From Lobosporangium transversale (taxonomy: Eukaryota): a stretch of 64,000 nt of DNA. Made by a program: the position numbers and the translations under genes. Below, in pieces: positions 1 to 11,104 of this stretch. Where the stretch lies: contig NW_019028989.1 of assembly GCF_002105155.1 (NCBI RefSeq), positions 248,001-312,000 on the forward strand. The letters run 5' to 3'. The notes under the pieces were generated by a model. The model had not been told where the DNA came from. It made no database searches and worked only from the letters and a program-made list of their open reading frames with translations. Every line of letters starts with the position of its first letter. Position 1 is the stretch's first letter.

Positions 1-526
1 GTCTGAACATTAAAACATAGCAACTGTAGGTCGGAATCCGGTTTGGGTGAATATGTTGAACTCAAATTATCCAGGTACTGCATTTGTTGTGTTTGGACCT
101 TACTCAAAGAAGTATTGTCAGTCCACCAAATGCCATTTAAAGACCTAGAATTGTATTGTAAGCTAGTTATCCTTCTAAATATCTTAATTATCCAATTATA
201 TTACAATTGTAGCAAAAATACTTACAAAGCTTCTGGAAGCAATGACGATATATCATGATAAGGAACAACACGTTTGCGCGAAGTAATTTGAAATGTTCTA
301 AAGGCAGTTTTCAAACTTGAAGTTGGAGAAGATGGGGATGGATTGGGTATGTCGAGCCATTCATCATCATCATCAGTAAGAAGCTCCTTATAGATTATCC
401 TAAATGAATTCTTTTTTCGTTTTGTTGATCTTGTGGAGTCTGCTGATCTTGTTGAATGTTCTCGAGTAAGTCTGGATATTTTTGATGTAGATGATTGATT
501 TGATTGACTAGATTCTGTGGATTCTA

Positions 527-2129
527 TGGTGCGTGCCAAAACTGATGCAATAATTTGCATTTTTTAACATTCATTCCTCATTCTCCTTTTCCTTTCTAAT
601 GATCTTCCCTACCATCACCGCTTCTCATTCTCATTTGTCTCACCTTCGTAGACTGTCATCGCTGTTCTCATCAATGACACAATTAGCGAATAATCGCCAT
701 TTGTATAGTCATGTCTCATTGCATCAGTTTTGGTAAAAAGTACATGTCAGGTTTGTCCATCCCTTACTTCTTTCTTATTCTTTATTCTTTCTTTATAGCA
801 CCATCACCACTGATACACCAAGCGACACTCTACATATCTGCCATATCTTTATCATAACATGAAATCATTATCCAAATCAACTATCCAAAATGCAACTGCT
901 CTACTTCATCAGGGAAAGTCTTCCAGAGAAGTGTCAAAGAGTTTAGGGATATCTGTTACCTCAGCTCAAAGGATTAGGAAAAGAGGCAAAGAAAGTATTC
1001 CAGTGCTGAGAGGGGGCCGACCCTGCAAAGTTACTAAGAAAACGAAACAGCTTTTATCAAGATTTTTTGACATGGGTGTATTGGAGACCCTAAAAGATGG
1101 CCAACAACTTGTTCAATTGAGGGAAGGAGTGCAGGTTAGTAAATCGAGCATCAGGAGGTTCCTTATGCAGGATGATATGGGGGCATATGTAAAACAGAAG
1201 CAGCCTGATCTGACGAAGAAGCAAATCTATGCTCGATATAATTTTGCAAAGGATCACTTGGACTGGACTCTAGAAGACTGGAAGAACGTCATGTTCTCAG
1301 ATGAGACCATCTTTAGCAGAGTTGGGTCCTGCGGAAGAAAGTACTACTACAAGCATCGATGGGATAAAACTCTACGAGCACATCATATCAAAAAGACAAG
1401 GCAAGGCGGTGGAGGCAAAATGATGTTCTGGGGTTGTATAACTTACTACGGACCAGGCGATGGCTGCTGGCTCCAAGAGAAGGTGGATTCGGTAACATAC
1501 GTCGACGTTCTCAAGGATTATATCTTTAAGTCCAGGGATTACTACTTGATGGATAAGGACAAATTTATATTTCAGCAGGACAATGCTAGGATTCATACCG
1601 GAAGAATAGCAATGCCCTATATCCAAAAGTCTAAGATACCTCTCATGGAATGGCCAGCAAACTCTCCTGACATCAACCCAATAGAAAACATATGGGCATA
1701 CATGAAGGTGCAGTTGGATCATTATCCAGACAAGGCAAAGAATATGGAGGATCTCTGGGAGAGAGTCCAAGACGTATGGACACATATCCCTCCTGAATTC
1801 TTACACAAACTATACTGCGGTATGCCGAAGAGGATGAGGGAGTTATATAAGGCTAAAGGAGGGAACATCGTTAGGGGAAAGGAGAAGTAACAGGAATAAA
1901 TAAAAACAAGAAGTTGTTAATTGCCATAATAGATGCAATGAGATGCTGAAAGCAAATTGCAATTAAATGCTAATTAGGCCACTGATGGCGATGACGATGA
2001 GACTCCATGGAGGTGAGACAAATGAGAATGAGAAACGGTGGTGGCAGGGAAGATCATAAAGAGGAAGAAGGAGAATGAGGAATGAATGTTGAAAAATGCA
2101 ATTTATTGCATCAGTTTTGGCACGCACTA
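527..2129 (+). mobile_element. Tc1/mariner (DD34E) DNA transposon, ~1.6 kb
   Basis: Imperfect TIRs of ~200 bp (527-733 vs ~1924-2129). Termini TGGTGCGTGCCAAAACTGATGCAAT and ATTGCATCAGTTTTGGCACGCACTA. TA at 525-526 and 2130-2131. Confidence 0.93.
859..1890 (+). CDS. Tc1-family transposase, intact ORF of 343 aa
   Basis: N-terminal HTH with GRP motif; catalytic FSDET, FQQDNA and SPDINPIEN with 34 residues between the second D and E. Confidence 0.95.
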   Translation: MKSLSKSTIQNATALLHQGKSSREVSKSLGISVTSAQRIRKRGKESIPVLRGGRPCKVTKKTKQLLSRFFDMGVLETLKDGQQLVQLREGVQVSKSSIRRFLMQDDMGAYVKQKQPDLTKKQIYARYNFAKDHLDWTLEDWKNVMFSDETIFSRVGSCGRKYYYKHRWDKTLRAHHIKKTRQGGGGKMMFWGCITYYGPGDGCWLQEKVDSVTYVDVLKDYIFKSRDYYLMDKDKFIFQQDNARIHTGRIAMPYIQKSKIPLMEWPANSPDINPIENIWAYMKVQLDHYPDKAKNMEDLWERVQDVWTHIPPEFLHKLYCGMPKRMRELYKAKGGNIVRGKEK

Positions 2130-3099
2130 TATAACAACAGAGCCCGTTCCAGTTCCAATGACAGTGGAAGCTGAAGTTCCTAAACCAGGTTCTTGAACCA
2201 ATAATATTACTATTAACTATCACATAATAAATAACTAAAAGGACTAAACACATTATAATTACCTATACCATCAACACCATCATCACCGGCTGTTGCCCAA
2301 CAAACAACCATCCTTCTTGTCATCACCAGTGCATTGGCGGCATAATCCCTCCATTCTGAGGAATCACAAAACTTAAGCTGAGCCATATATTCATTCCACT
2401 CTCTAGCAACTTCACTGGCATTTTGAAGTGCAAAAGAACTACGAAAGATAACGTATTTCTTTGGATCAGTATTTTCAATAATTTCTTGGGAAAGGAAAAA
2501 TCTCGAACCTTTTGAATTGGGGTGAAAAATTTCAGATAATCGTTTCATCTAAAAAATAAGTTGTAATGGTTAGTAAACTACTCGAAACAATATGATCCAT
2601 ACTATAAGAACCAACAAGCGAAGACAGCATGACGGTATTGCGAGGTAACATCATGATGGTCATAAGCTATTGTACAAGTATTTCAGGCCACCCTGTAGTG
2701 CACGCAACGAACTCAACATACAGCATATTTTCCCCTGAAAAGGCCTATACAGCCTCACTTATTCCATGAATAAGCTCTTTACTTGTCAGACGACATGACA
2801 TGACCTGTCATATTCATAGATAGATGAATAATTACTACCATTACCTTTATTGCTGGATGCCAACCAATTCAAGTCAAGATTGAATGAATTGTAGAAGCAG
2901 ATAATGGAAGAGGAGTAGAAAGAGTGAGTGTATATGTGTAAAAGTTAGTAATGATAATAGAGAGAGGTGGGAAAGTGGAGCAGAACTAGAAGACAAGAGA
3001 GAGAGAGACAGAAAGGAAAAGCCAAAAAAAAATTAACCATATAATGTTGTGTAAGAAATACGATTAAATTTCCTTCCAAATGACCAAATGACGCACCCC

Positions 3100-5814
3100 T
3101 TATTTTTGCCACCATTTCAACTATAAAAACAACAGCGCCTGACTCACGCCCGAATTTCTTATTCCTGGATCTCCCAACTCCTTCCGCTGACAATATACCC
3201 GAACGATTCAAATCAAACGTCATACTTCAGGAGTTGGAAAGGACTGAATCACAAGATGTACCAGTCTTTGGGGTGTCTGTAAGTCATAAGCATGATAGGT
3301 CGCAGTAGAGATTGGCTTGTTATTTGTTAATATTCTAATATGTGACTTGATTTATGATTGATTGTAGGGGTGTGGCAAGACTCGATCAGTAGTAGAGATG
3401 CTCTGTTTACAGTGGGGTTTCTATTTCAACGCATCGGACAAGGACCTTGGCAGTGACGATCTCTCCTACTTGGCAACCTCGATCCTTGTGAAGACGCGCG
3501 ATGGACTAGGCCGAAAACACAATACGGATTTCGCAAGAAACATGACGCTCTTGCTCTTTCTCTCCCGTCTGATGATCCTCAATTACTGCTTATCGATACC
3601 GGGCTGCGAAAGGACATTTTCTAGTTCCAGATGGGCTATCCTTCAAGTATGCCCAACCATGTTCGAGGATGTGTTTATGTCGCTCTTCAAGATCCTCTTC
3701 GGGAGACTGCAAGAGCGTACCATTTCCGAGTTATCTCTAACGGCCGTTGTCAGTGAAGAGCTCTTGTCAGTATGGAGTCACCTCGCTTCCCTTAGCTATC
3801 CTAATTTTACAAAAAAGTCCAAGCTACGGCTTGTTGTAGACGAGGCACAGATTCTAGACGATCAAGGCTATAGTTTGTTCGAGTCATCATATTTAGAATC
3901 GGAGCTTAGACCGCTACTTTCACCTGTTCTACATGGTTTCAGAAGACCGGGAGATCTATTGCGGCACAGGACTGAGCATCAGAACTCTCCATTGGGCACA
4001 GTCTTCAGGCGATGGTGTGAAAGAAGAGGAGTCAATGACATTTCCGTAAGTCCTTATTGAATTTTTTTTGAATCTTTGAACTTTCCAACTTTTCTTTTAC
4101 TACTTTATTTCTAACATAATTAACGTCATCACCCACATGCAGTTATTTAGAATTCCCTGGGTGGGCCAGTCAAACATCAGTTCAGTCATTTATTGATCGC
4201 GTAAAAGATCAACTACCGAATGACGAATCGAAAAATGCGGTGGATGCCTTACTCCCAGCAGTCAGCGTGTTATATCAAAGGCTTGGAGGAAGATTTGGAC
4301 CCATATGCACGTAAGGCTCTGTATTATTTGTTTTACACACCGCACCAATTTGCATCTCATCTTTGTTTCTAACACAGAGCGTAAGGAACACTGTGATGTG
4401 GAGCATTTATTCGTGCAAGGAGGCAATGTTCCTCCATGGGGTGAATTTGTGTACTTAAATCATTATTACAACTCTAAGCCAATGTGCTTGAGATGACTAA
4501 CTTATCCATGTATTTGTTATAGAGCCACCGAAGGAATAATCAGGACAGGCGACCCAAACAAATGGGAGAGCATTATTGATGATACTGAATCAATGTTAAC
4601 ATCATGGAAGGAAAAAGAACGTCGAGGAAATCTCATTAGGGAACTTTTAAGTACGCGCGAATAGTTTTTTTTTTTTTTTTTTTTTCAAAATATATTAACA
4701 CTTATTCCACAAATTAGGGGTCCAATCAAAGATCGCTAAACACCAAGAACAATTCAAATCATGCTCAAATATGGAGGAGACGCTTGAACTATTCCTCTTC
4801 CATTGGTATCTACTTGGAGAGACTGAGTTTATTCTAGAGGATGATGCGCAGCTAGTCGAAGCTGCATTTGGCCGCATAAGGATTCTTGGAAACAAGGCAA
4901 TAACTACTTTGGATGAGCCTTTCGTGCTACAGTATGTGCCTTTATTAAAATTGTGGTATTTTTAACTTTTTTATTTTATTTTTTAAAAGTACCCTTACTC
5001 ACTAATATTGAATATCACTCACCTCTAGCGCAGCCAAAAGCTACTTCATGGAAAAAGACCCTTTATTCATTAAAGCCGCGGAGCGAGTAATGATAACATC
5101 GACCAACGCCTCAGTACATGGGACAATGTGGGAGACATGTATGCCGCCAGTTTTCATTGAGACATTCAGAACTATGCCTTTGTCTAAATGGCCATTACCA
5201 AGTGGCAACAGTATTCCCGAGGAACTCAGAGGAGATGTGACGATTGTAGGATACAATAAACAGGAACAACTTGCAATCACATACCATGACATCTCGACTC
5301 ATGGCTTTATGGAAGCACATGTTAATGGCAACTCAATGCGAGGAGACAAGAGTATTCCTCCGTTTTATTTCCCATCCCCTCGCGTGTCAGGCCCGGATAT
5401 CATTTTCATTGTTAGTGTCAACGGAAAGAAGATTCCAATATTTGTCCAGGTATACAACATGTTTTTTTTTTTTTTTTCTTTCTATAAGATATCTCCACCA
5501 TCATATTCGTTCGCTTAACTTTTTTATTATGATCTTTTGCCCAACTCTAGTTGAAATTATGCGTACGTCTTCCACTTGTTGATGCACTTGCCACTACCAG
5601 TGATGAATATATGCAAGAAAAGATAAATAAGGAACACCAAAAGGAAATATTGGAAGAGATAAATCTACTGCAGACGACTTTTAAGCAACGGTGTACTGTA
5701 AGCTGTAGAGTAGCCTTGTTGCTACGATCAGCTGAGGTTAAGCACTTTGTTGCACAGATTTGTTCGAAAGAACAACATCTCTTATTTTTTTTATTTTCTG
5801 TAGACTCTACTTAA
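3100..5814 (+). pseudogene. Crinkler-related P-loop NTPase + PD-(D/E)xK nuclease gene, apparently frameshifted and truncated
   Basis: Walker A GVS|GCGKT split by an intron (3279-3367); Walker B LVVDEAQ; frameshift near 3955 (YCGTGLSIRTLHW is in another frame); C-terminal GPDIIF...IFVQ|LK motif; no clear N-terminus. Boundaries approximate. Confidence 0.65.
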
Positions 5815-6163
5815 GGGTTGTAGATAATAAAAAGAGGTCTCATAAACAGTAAAAAAAAAAAAAAAGGTAAGACTAGACAGCGATCAAAAGAAATGAAAAT
5901 TAATAGCAAAAAAGATGGCTATTAAAAAAGATCTAAAGTAAAAATTATGTCACGTCACCTCTGTCTCACATTAATTTACTCGCCAAATACTGGGGCCTGG
6001 GGCCTGAAATTTCAATAGCTTTAAGGGAACACCGAGCTCTCACAGCTAGTAAAATTTGAGGTGATACTACATAGTCGATGTTCGTTCTCCCCATCCTTCC
6101 ATCCATGTGGAGCAGAATTCTAGTACTAAGCGTTTATTTACGCGTGATTTACACGCTTAAAAC

Positions 6164-6729
6164 CAGTGACTCGTACTGATGTACTTTGCATACGTACTGA
6201 AGTTTTTTTTCAGTAAATTTTTACTTATTATTTACTGATTTTTTACTTATTATTTACTTAAACAAAAGTAAAAAAAAAGTAAATTTTGAGTAAATTTTGA
6301 GTAAAACAAAAGTATATTTTGAGTAAAACAAAAGTAAGTACTTACTGAAATTTACCGAAAATATACTTTTTACTTACTTTTGTTTTACTGATATTTACTT
6401 GAAATATACTTTTGTTTTACTGAAATTTACTGAAAATTTACTTTTGTTTTACTCAAAATTTACTTTTGTTTTACTCAAAATTTACTTTTCTTACTTTTCT
6501 TTTACTCAAAATTTACTTTTCTTTCAGGGGGGCCTGCCTTGAATTCCCCGTATATGCACGAGCAAACGAAGTCACCTACTGATGGGTCTCCATATATGCA
6601 TGTGGATAGGCTGTCATGGACACACGTTGTTCAGAACATGAGATCAACTTCTATCAAGTATTCAGCATGCTACCATGATTAAAAGCGACCACCTTCATTT
6701 CATGTTGATAGACATGCTTTTCAGGACTT

Positions 6730-6769
<40 letters not shown>

Positions 6770-6838
6770 AGACATAGTATATATATGAAATATATCCTGA
6801 GGGTCCTTGTTATCAAAATATATATATATACTATGTCT

Positions 6839-6874
<36 letters not shown>

Positions 6875-7440
6875 AAGTCCTGAAAAGCATGTCTATCAAC
6901 ATGAAATGAAGGTGGTCGCTTTTAATCATGGTAGCATGCTGAATACTTGATAGAAGTTGATCTCATGTTCTGAACAACGTGTGTCCATGACAGCCTATCC
7001 ACATGCATATATGGAGACCCATCAGTAGGTGACTTCGTTTGCTCGTGCATATACGGGGAATTCAAGGCAGGCCCCCCTGAAAGAAAAGTAAATTTTGAGT
7101 AAAAGAAAAGTAAGAAAAGTAAATTTTGAGTAAAACAAAAGTAAATTTTGAGTAAAACAAAAGTAAATTTTCAGTAAATTTCAGTAAAACAAAAGTATAT
7201 TTCAAGTAAATATCAGTAAAACAAAAGTAAGTAAAAAGTATATTTTCGGTAAATTTCAGTAAGTACTTACTTTTGTTTTACTCAAAATATACTTTTGTTT
7301 TACTCAAAATTTACTCAAAATTTACTTTTTTTTTACTTTTGTTTAAGTAAATAATAAGTAAAAAATCAGTAAATAATAAGTAAAAATTTACTGAAAAAAA
7401 ACTTCAGTACGTATGCAAAGTACATCAGTACGAGTCACTG
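6164..7440. mobile_element. Non-autonomous foldback (palindromic) DNA element with 8-bp TSD; hAT-like ends
   Basis: Arms ~6164-6786 and ~6822-7440 are reverse complements, differing in the T33/A29 run. Ends are CAGTGAC...GTCACTG. CTTAAAAC is duplicated at 6156-6163 and 7441-7448. Confidence 0.9.
6200..6525. repeat. Subterminal array of AT-rich TTTTACTCAAAATTTAC-like repeats in both orientations (mirrored at ~7080-7400)
   Basis: Repeated AAAAGTAAATTTTGAGT and TTTTACTCAAAATTTAC units are directly visible. Confidence 0.85.
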
Positions 7441-7597
7441 CTTAAAACATTACGAGTTTACATTTATATTTAATACGTTCACCATCTAGAGTTTAAGTTT
7501 ATAAATAAAAGGGGTTTAATTTGAGATTGGTTTGACAAGGAAGACTGGTTGTTTACACGTTTATTAATGGGATAAATTAAATTTCCGCTCTCCATCT

Positions 7598-9205
7598 TTA
7601 TATTTTTACGTGTTTTTGTAAATCTTTTATTTTCTGTTTCAACTTTGTTTTTTCCCACCGATCTACAGCAACACTTTTCCAATCATTTCCGCATGGGCCA
7701 ATATAATATGGTGTTTGCTCATCAAGGCTGTCAATCTCCCATACATGTCCTTCAAAAGGCAAAATGACGATGATGTGGTTGCCTCGTCCACGATCTTCTT
7801 CATATTGATAAACATCTCTCTTTCTTTTGGTTCCTTTGTTTTTTTTCTCTTCTTGAGGCTCGAATGTCTTCACCGTGTGTTTGTCAGAAAAGATTGTGTG
7901 GTGAAAATAGAAAAGGTCAGGGCTGTTATTGACAGCCAACTTACAACTTTTCTAAAAGAGGAAAAAAAAAGGAAAAAGGACTTTTATATATATATATATT
8001 TTTTTATTTTTTTATTTTTTTATTTTTTTTTTTTTATTTTTTTTTCATTTGGAGATCAATTTGTTGCATGAAATTCCATACCTTATTTTTTACCAGAGTT
8101 GGAACAATCTTTCCTTGAGTCTTAAGAGGCTGATCCAAAAGGAAGTTCGCCAAGCAATGTGTTGCACAAGATCCGTTGTCATTCTGTAAAAAAGCTTTAG
8201 GTCTTTTAACATCAGACCCAGCGTTTTTAGATTTTTTTTTTTTTCATGTGCTCTTCCTCAGAATACAACTTGCTCATGATCTTCCTTATTTGAAAAGAGT
8301 TCCAGTAACATACAAGGTACACTTCATGATTGTGAGGTTTGTAGCTTCGAATATGGACGCCGTCAGCCTTGATGGAACAATGGGAAGGCGCCTCCATCAT
8401 ATAAAACCAAATGTTGATTAATTCTGCACGTGGAAAAAAAGTTTGATTAGTTTGGAAAAGACTAACTCTTAATAGAAATGACATATTTTTCAATAACGTT
8501 CTTTTTCTCCTTTTTTTACCTTTGTCATAATATCCATCTTTCCAGCCTTCTGTTTGATACTTCTCCACAGCATCGTTCTTTTGATCTGCTATTGATTTGT
8601 CCGCCATTCTCTTATCGACTCCTTTGGAAGAAAGCGACAATACGGCGTCTGAAATGTTGCATTTTCGATCATCCAAAGGATTAAGTTTGTGATTACAGAC
8701 AAGAAATCCTGCTTCTATAACAGAAGCGTAATCGTCCTGGTGTACAAACTGCCCCATTTCCTTGGCAGCCTTGTCAAATCGCCCTTCTTTCATAAAACTT
8801 AATATAGACTCCAATTTCGCCATGTTCCATCTTCGCGGTTGCTCTTCGATCTGTTTTGAGCGAATAAAATAAAAATCTTCAGCTTTTTCGCGCATCATTT
8901 TTAAAGCGAGATCTTCCTGCTGTTGTAAGAAAGTTTTTGAATTGGGTTGATGTTGTCTCGAGATGATGATGTCGGCCTGTTTAATCAATTTCGGAACATT
9001 TGCTGTTGTTTTTTTATTATATTGATCGTGAAAAAAATTGTATAGATTTTCCACAACGAAAATTCTGGTCGGTGCTTGTTTTTTACACGTTCTTCAAGGA
9101 ACATCATAGCATTGCAATAAGGACACCAGACCATCTGCTCTAAGCGGTGTCTATGGCACCCGATATTGGGGCTCGAGATTAATTCTGGTCGGAACCTCCT
9201 TCTAG
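7598..9205 (-). pseudogene. Helitron-type zinc finger + divergent ubiquitin C-terminal hydrolase (peptidase C12/UCH) gene, with frameshifts
   Basis: CPYCNAMMFLEERV..PEFSL (CPYC at 9114-9125); FLQNDNGSCATHCLANFLL (~8135-8190); LAVNNSPDLFYFHH; NHIIVILPFEGHVWEIDSL...GPCGNDW. Introns 8424-8519 and ~7952-8081. Frameshifts at ~9053 and in an A13 run at 8232-8244. Confidence 0.75.
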
Positions 9206-9336
9206 CTAAGAGACAGTATCCATACTATTATATTGGAAAATAGAATCACGAATTTTTATAAATATTTTATAAAGCTTTCCGACTTTTTATCACTATATTT
9301 TTATACTAAATAATAATAAGGGGAAGTCGGACTTAC

Positions 9337-9985
9337 TCTTTATCGGGACATGTGTTTCGGTTATGTCCTGGGCGGTTGAATATACTGCAATGCCGTTGCA
9401 CAGACCGACAGGTGGCTGTAGCCTAGAGGGCAATGATAATGATGTTAAGCTAAAAATGTAATACGTAGTAAATTATACATTCAATAAAATGTGAACCAAG
9501 AGTAGCTTACCTTCGCCTTCGCTCCGTCTTCCGATTTCACCAGGATCCTCAAGGCTAATGCTCCTGCGAGTCGCCACAGGCTGGGCTCGATTTTGCATGG
9601 GATCACTAACGATGCCATTGCAAAAGAAACTGATAATTTAGGATTGAAAAAAATGTATTGCTAAGGATTACAAATTGAAACATCAAATATTGGATTGGAG
9701 CTCACCCTTCAATGCTTGCACATGTACTCCGGTTGTGTCCTAAGTGGCCACAAATACTACGTACCTTCGCCTTTGGGGTGCTATCAAGATAACGATGCAG
9801 AGTTAAAAATGTAATAAAATAAAAATAAAACCTCCCAAAAAAAAAAAAAAAAAAAAAAAGACTTTATATTGCATACCTTTGCATCTGTATGGGAGTAATG
9901 TCCTGTTCAGCGCTTTTAACAGTGCAACGGAGGTAATAAAGACGTTTGTTCGGAATCAGCAAACACCAACTACTATAGTGCCAAC

Positions 9986-10016
<31 letters not shown>

Positions 10017-11104
10017 AAGCGCAAGGAGATTCAACAAACCTTGTATTTTGAGGGCAGGTACATCTATCATGACTGTTGCTGTTGCACGGAATATGGGTGT
10101 AGGTCATGTATTTACAATGCTACAATCAAATTTTGATGCTGAGAGCACCGTTGAAAACGAAAGATATTGTAGAAAAATGAAAGAATGCAAGAGACAGCAG
10201 AAAATTCCAACATCTAATTTGAGCATTGCTTATTTTTATTGGTCTTGGGCGAAGTCATTTCCTTCAGGCAACTATTAAAAAAAACGACCTATGAAAGCAA
10301 ACACGGGGTTATGGCCATTTCAGCCTTTAGGTGGATAAAGAAGAGGGTTCTATTGATAGCCAACGCTTGGCTTTTCAGCCTCTACTACTTATATCTGCAA
10401 TTCCAAAGAGGATAATTCAAGCCCCACAGACCCACATTCCAGCAGCAACTCTGCCGAACAATTGGGGCAATTGGTATAGAACCTATGTTAGTTATAGCGT
10501 GATATTTATGCTCTCCACACCTTTTCCGCGGAGGAGACTGTGGTTCAAGGTAAGCTGGTGGAGGGGTTGGAGTGGCGGGTTTAGCAGCAACTTGAAGGTA
10601 TAAGCTTGGCGTAGCCGAAGGGACCAATGTTTCCTGCAATTGAGAGAGTTCTAAGTAGTAGTCCTCTTGAGTAGGACAAACACAACTGCTCTGAGAAGAG
10701 CAACCTGTGTCCATGCAAACAACACAGCCAAGCTTGGCTGCAAGCTCAGCTCTCGTTACCTCTTCTTTACGTCCTCTTTCCTCCTGTTCTTTTTTTCTCC
10801 CTTCTCTCTCTTGTTCAAGGAATTCAAGTAGGGCGCACTCGTCAATGGAGCCGTATGTCATGTCATATAGCTTCTCTTCATCCCGCTTGCTGGCCTGGTA
10901 ACCCCTCTTTACCTCTACAGGTTGTGCTTGGATGATACCTAGCACAGCCCATCGAGATCGTCGTACACCTGATGTGAAGCTGTCCGACGGAGAAACGGCT
11001 TCCGAGTGGTTCGAGTCACCATAAATAGAGCGGGGGCACTTGGTAGGCAACTGACTTCTGGGAGATACAGCCGACGACGAACGTGTAAAACGTTTGGCAG
11101 ACAT
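9337..11104 (-). CDS. Unknown ORF/exons (MSAKRFTRSS...), possibly the 5' part of the zinc finger-UCH gene
   Basis: Long ORF 10385..11155 with ATG at 11104. Several minus-strand GT donors (9336, ~9510, ~9764). Exon structure uncertain. Confidence 0.35.

Larger units (their letters stand above)
1..2548 (-). pseudogene. Unknown multi-exon gene interrupted by the Tc1 element; continues off the left edge
   Basis: ORFs 2213..2548 and 222..560. Removing the element plus one TA rejoins ...GTGTGSVVI|ESTESSQSN... in frame. A further open exon runs from ~178 down to 1. Confidence 0.6.

Noticed and set aside
6200..6525. Repeat array as a CRISPR array or telomere
   Set aside because: No unique spacers, eukaryotic context, and the array lies inside the foldback arms.
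9277..9331. TCCGACTT/AAGTCGGA inverted repeat as an element terminus
   Set aside because: Only 8 bp, no TSD, and it falls in a predicted intron.
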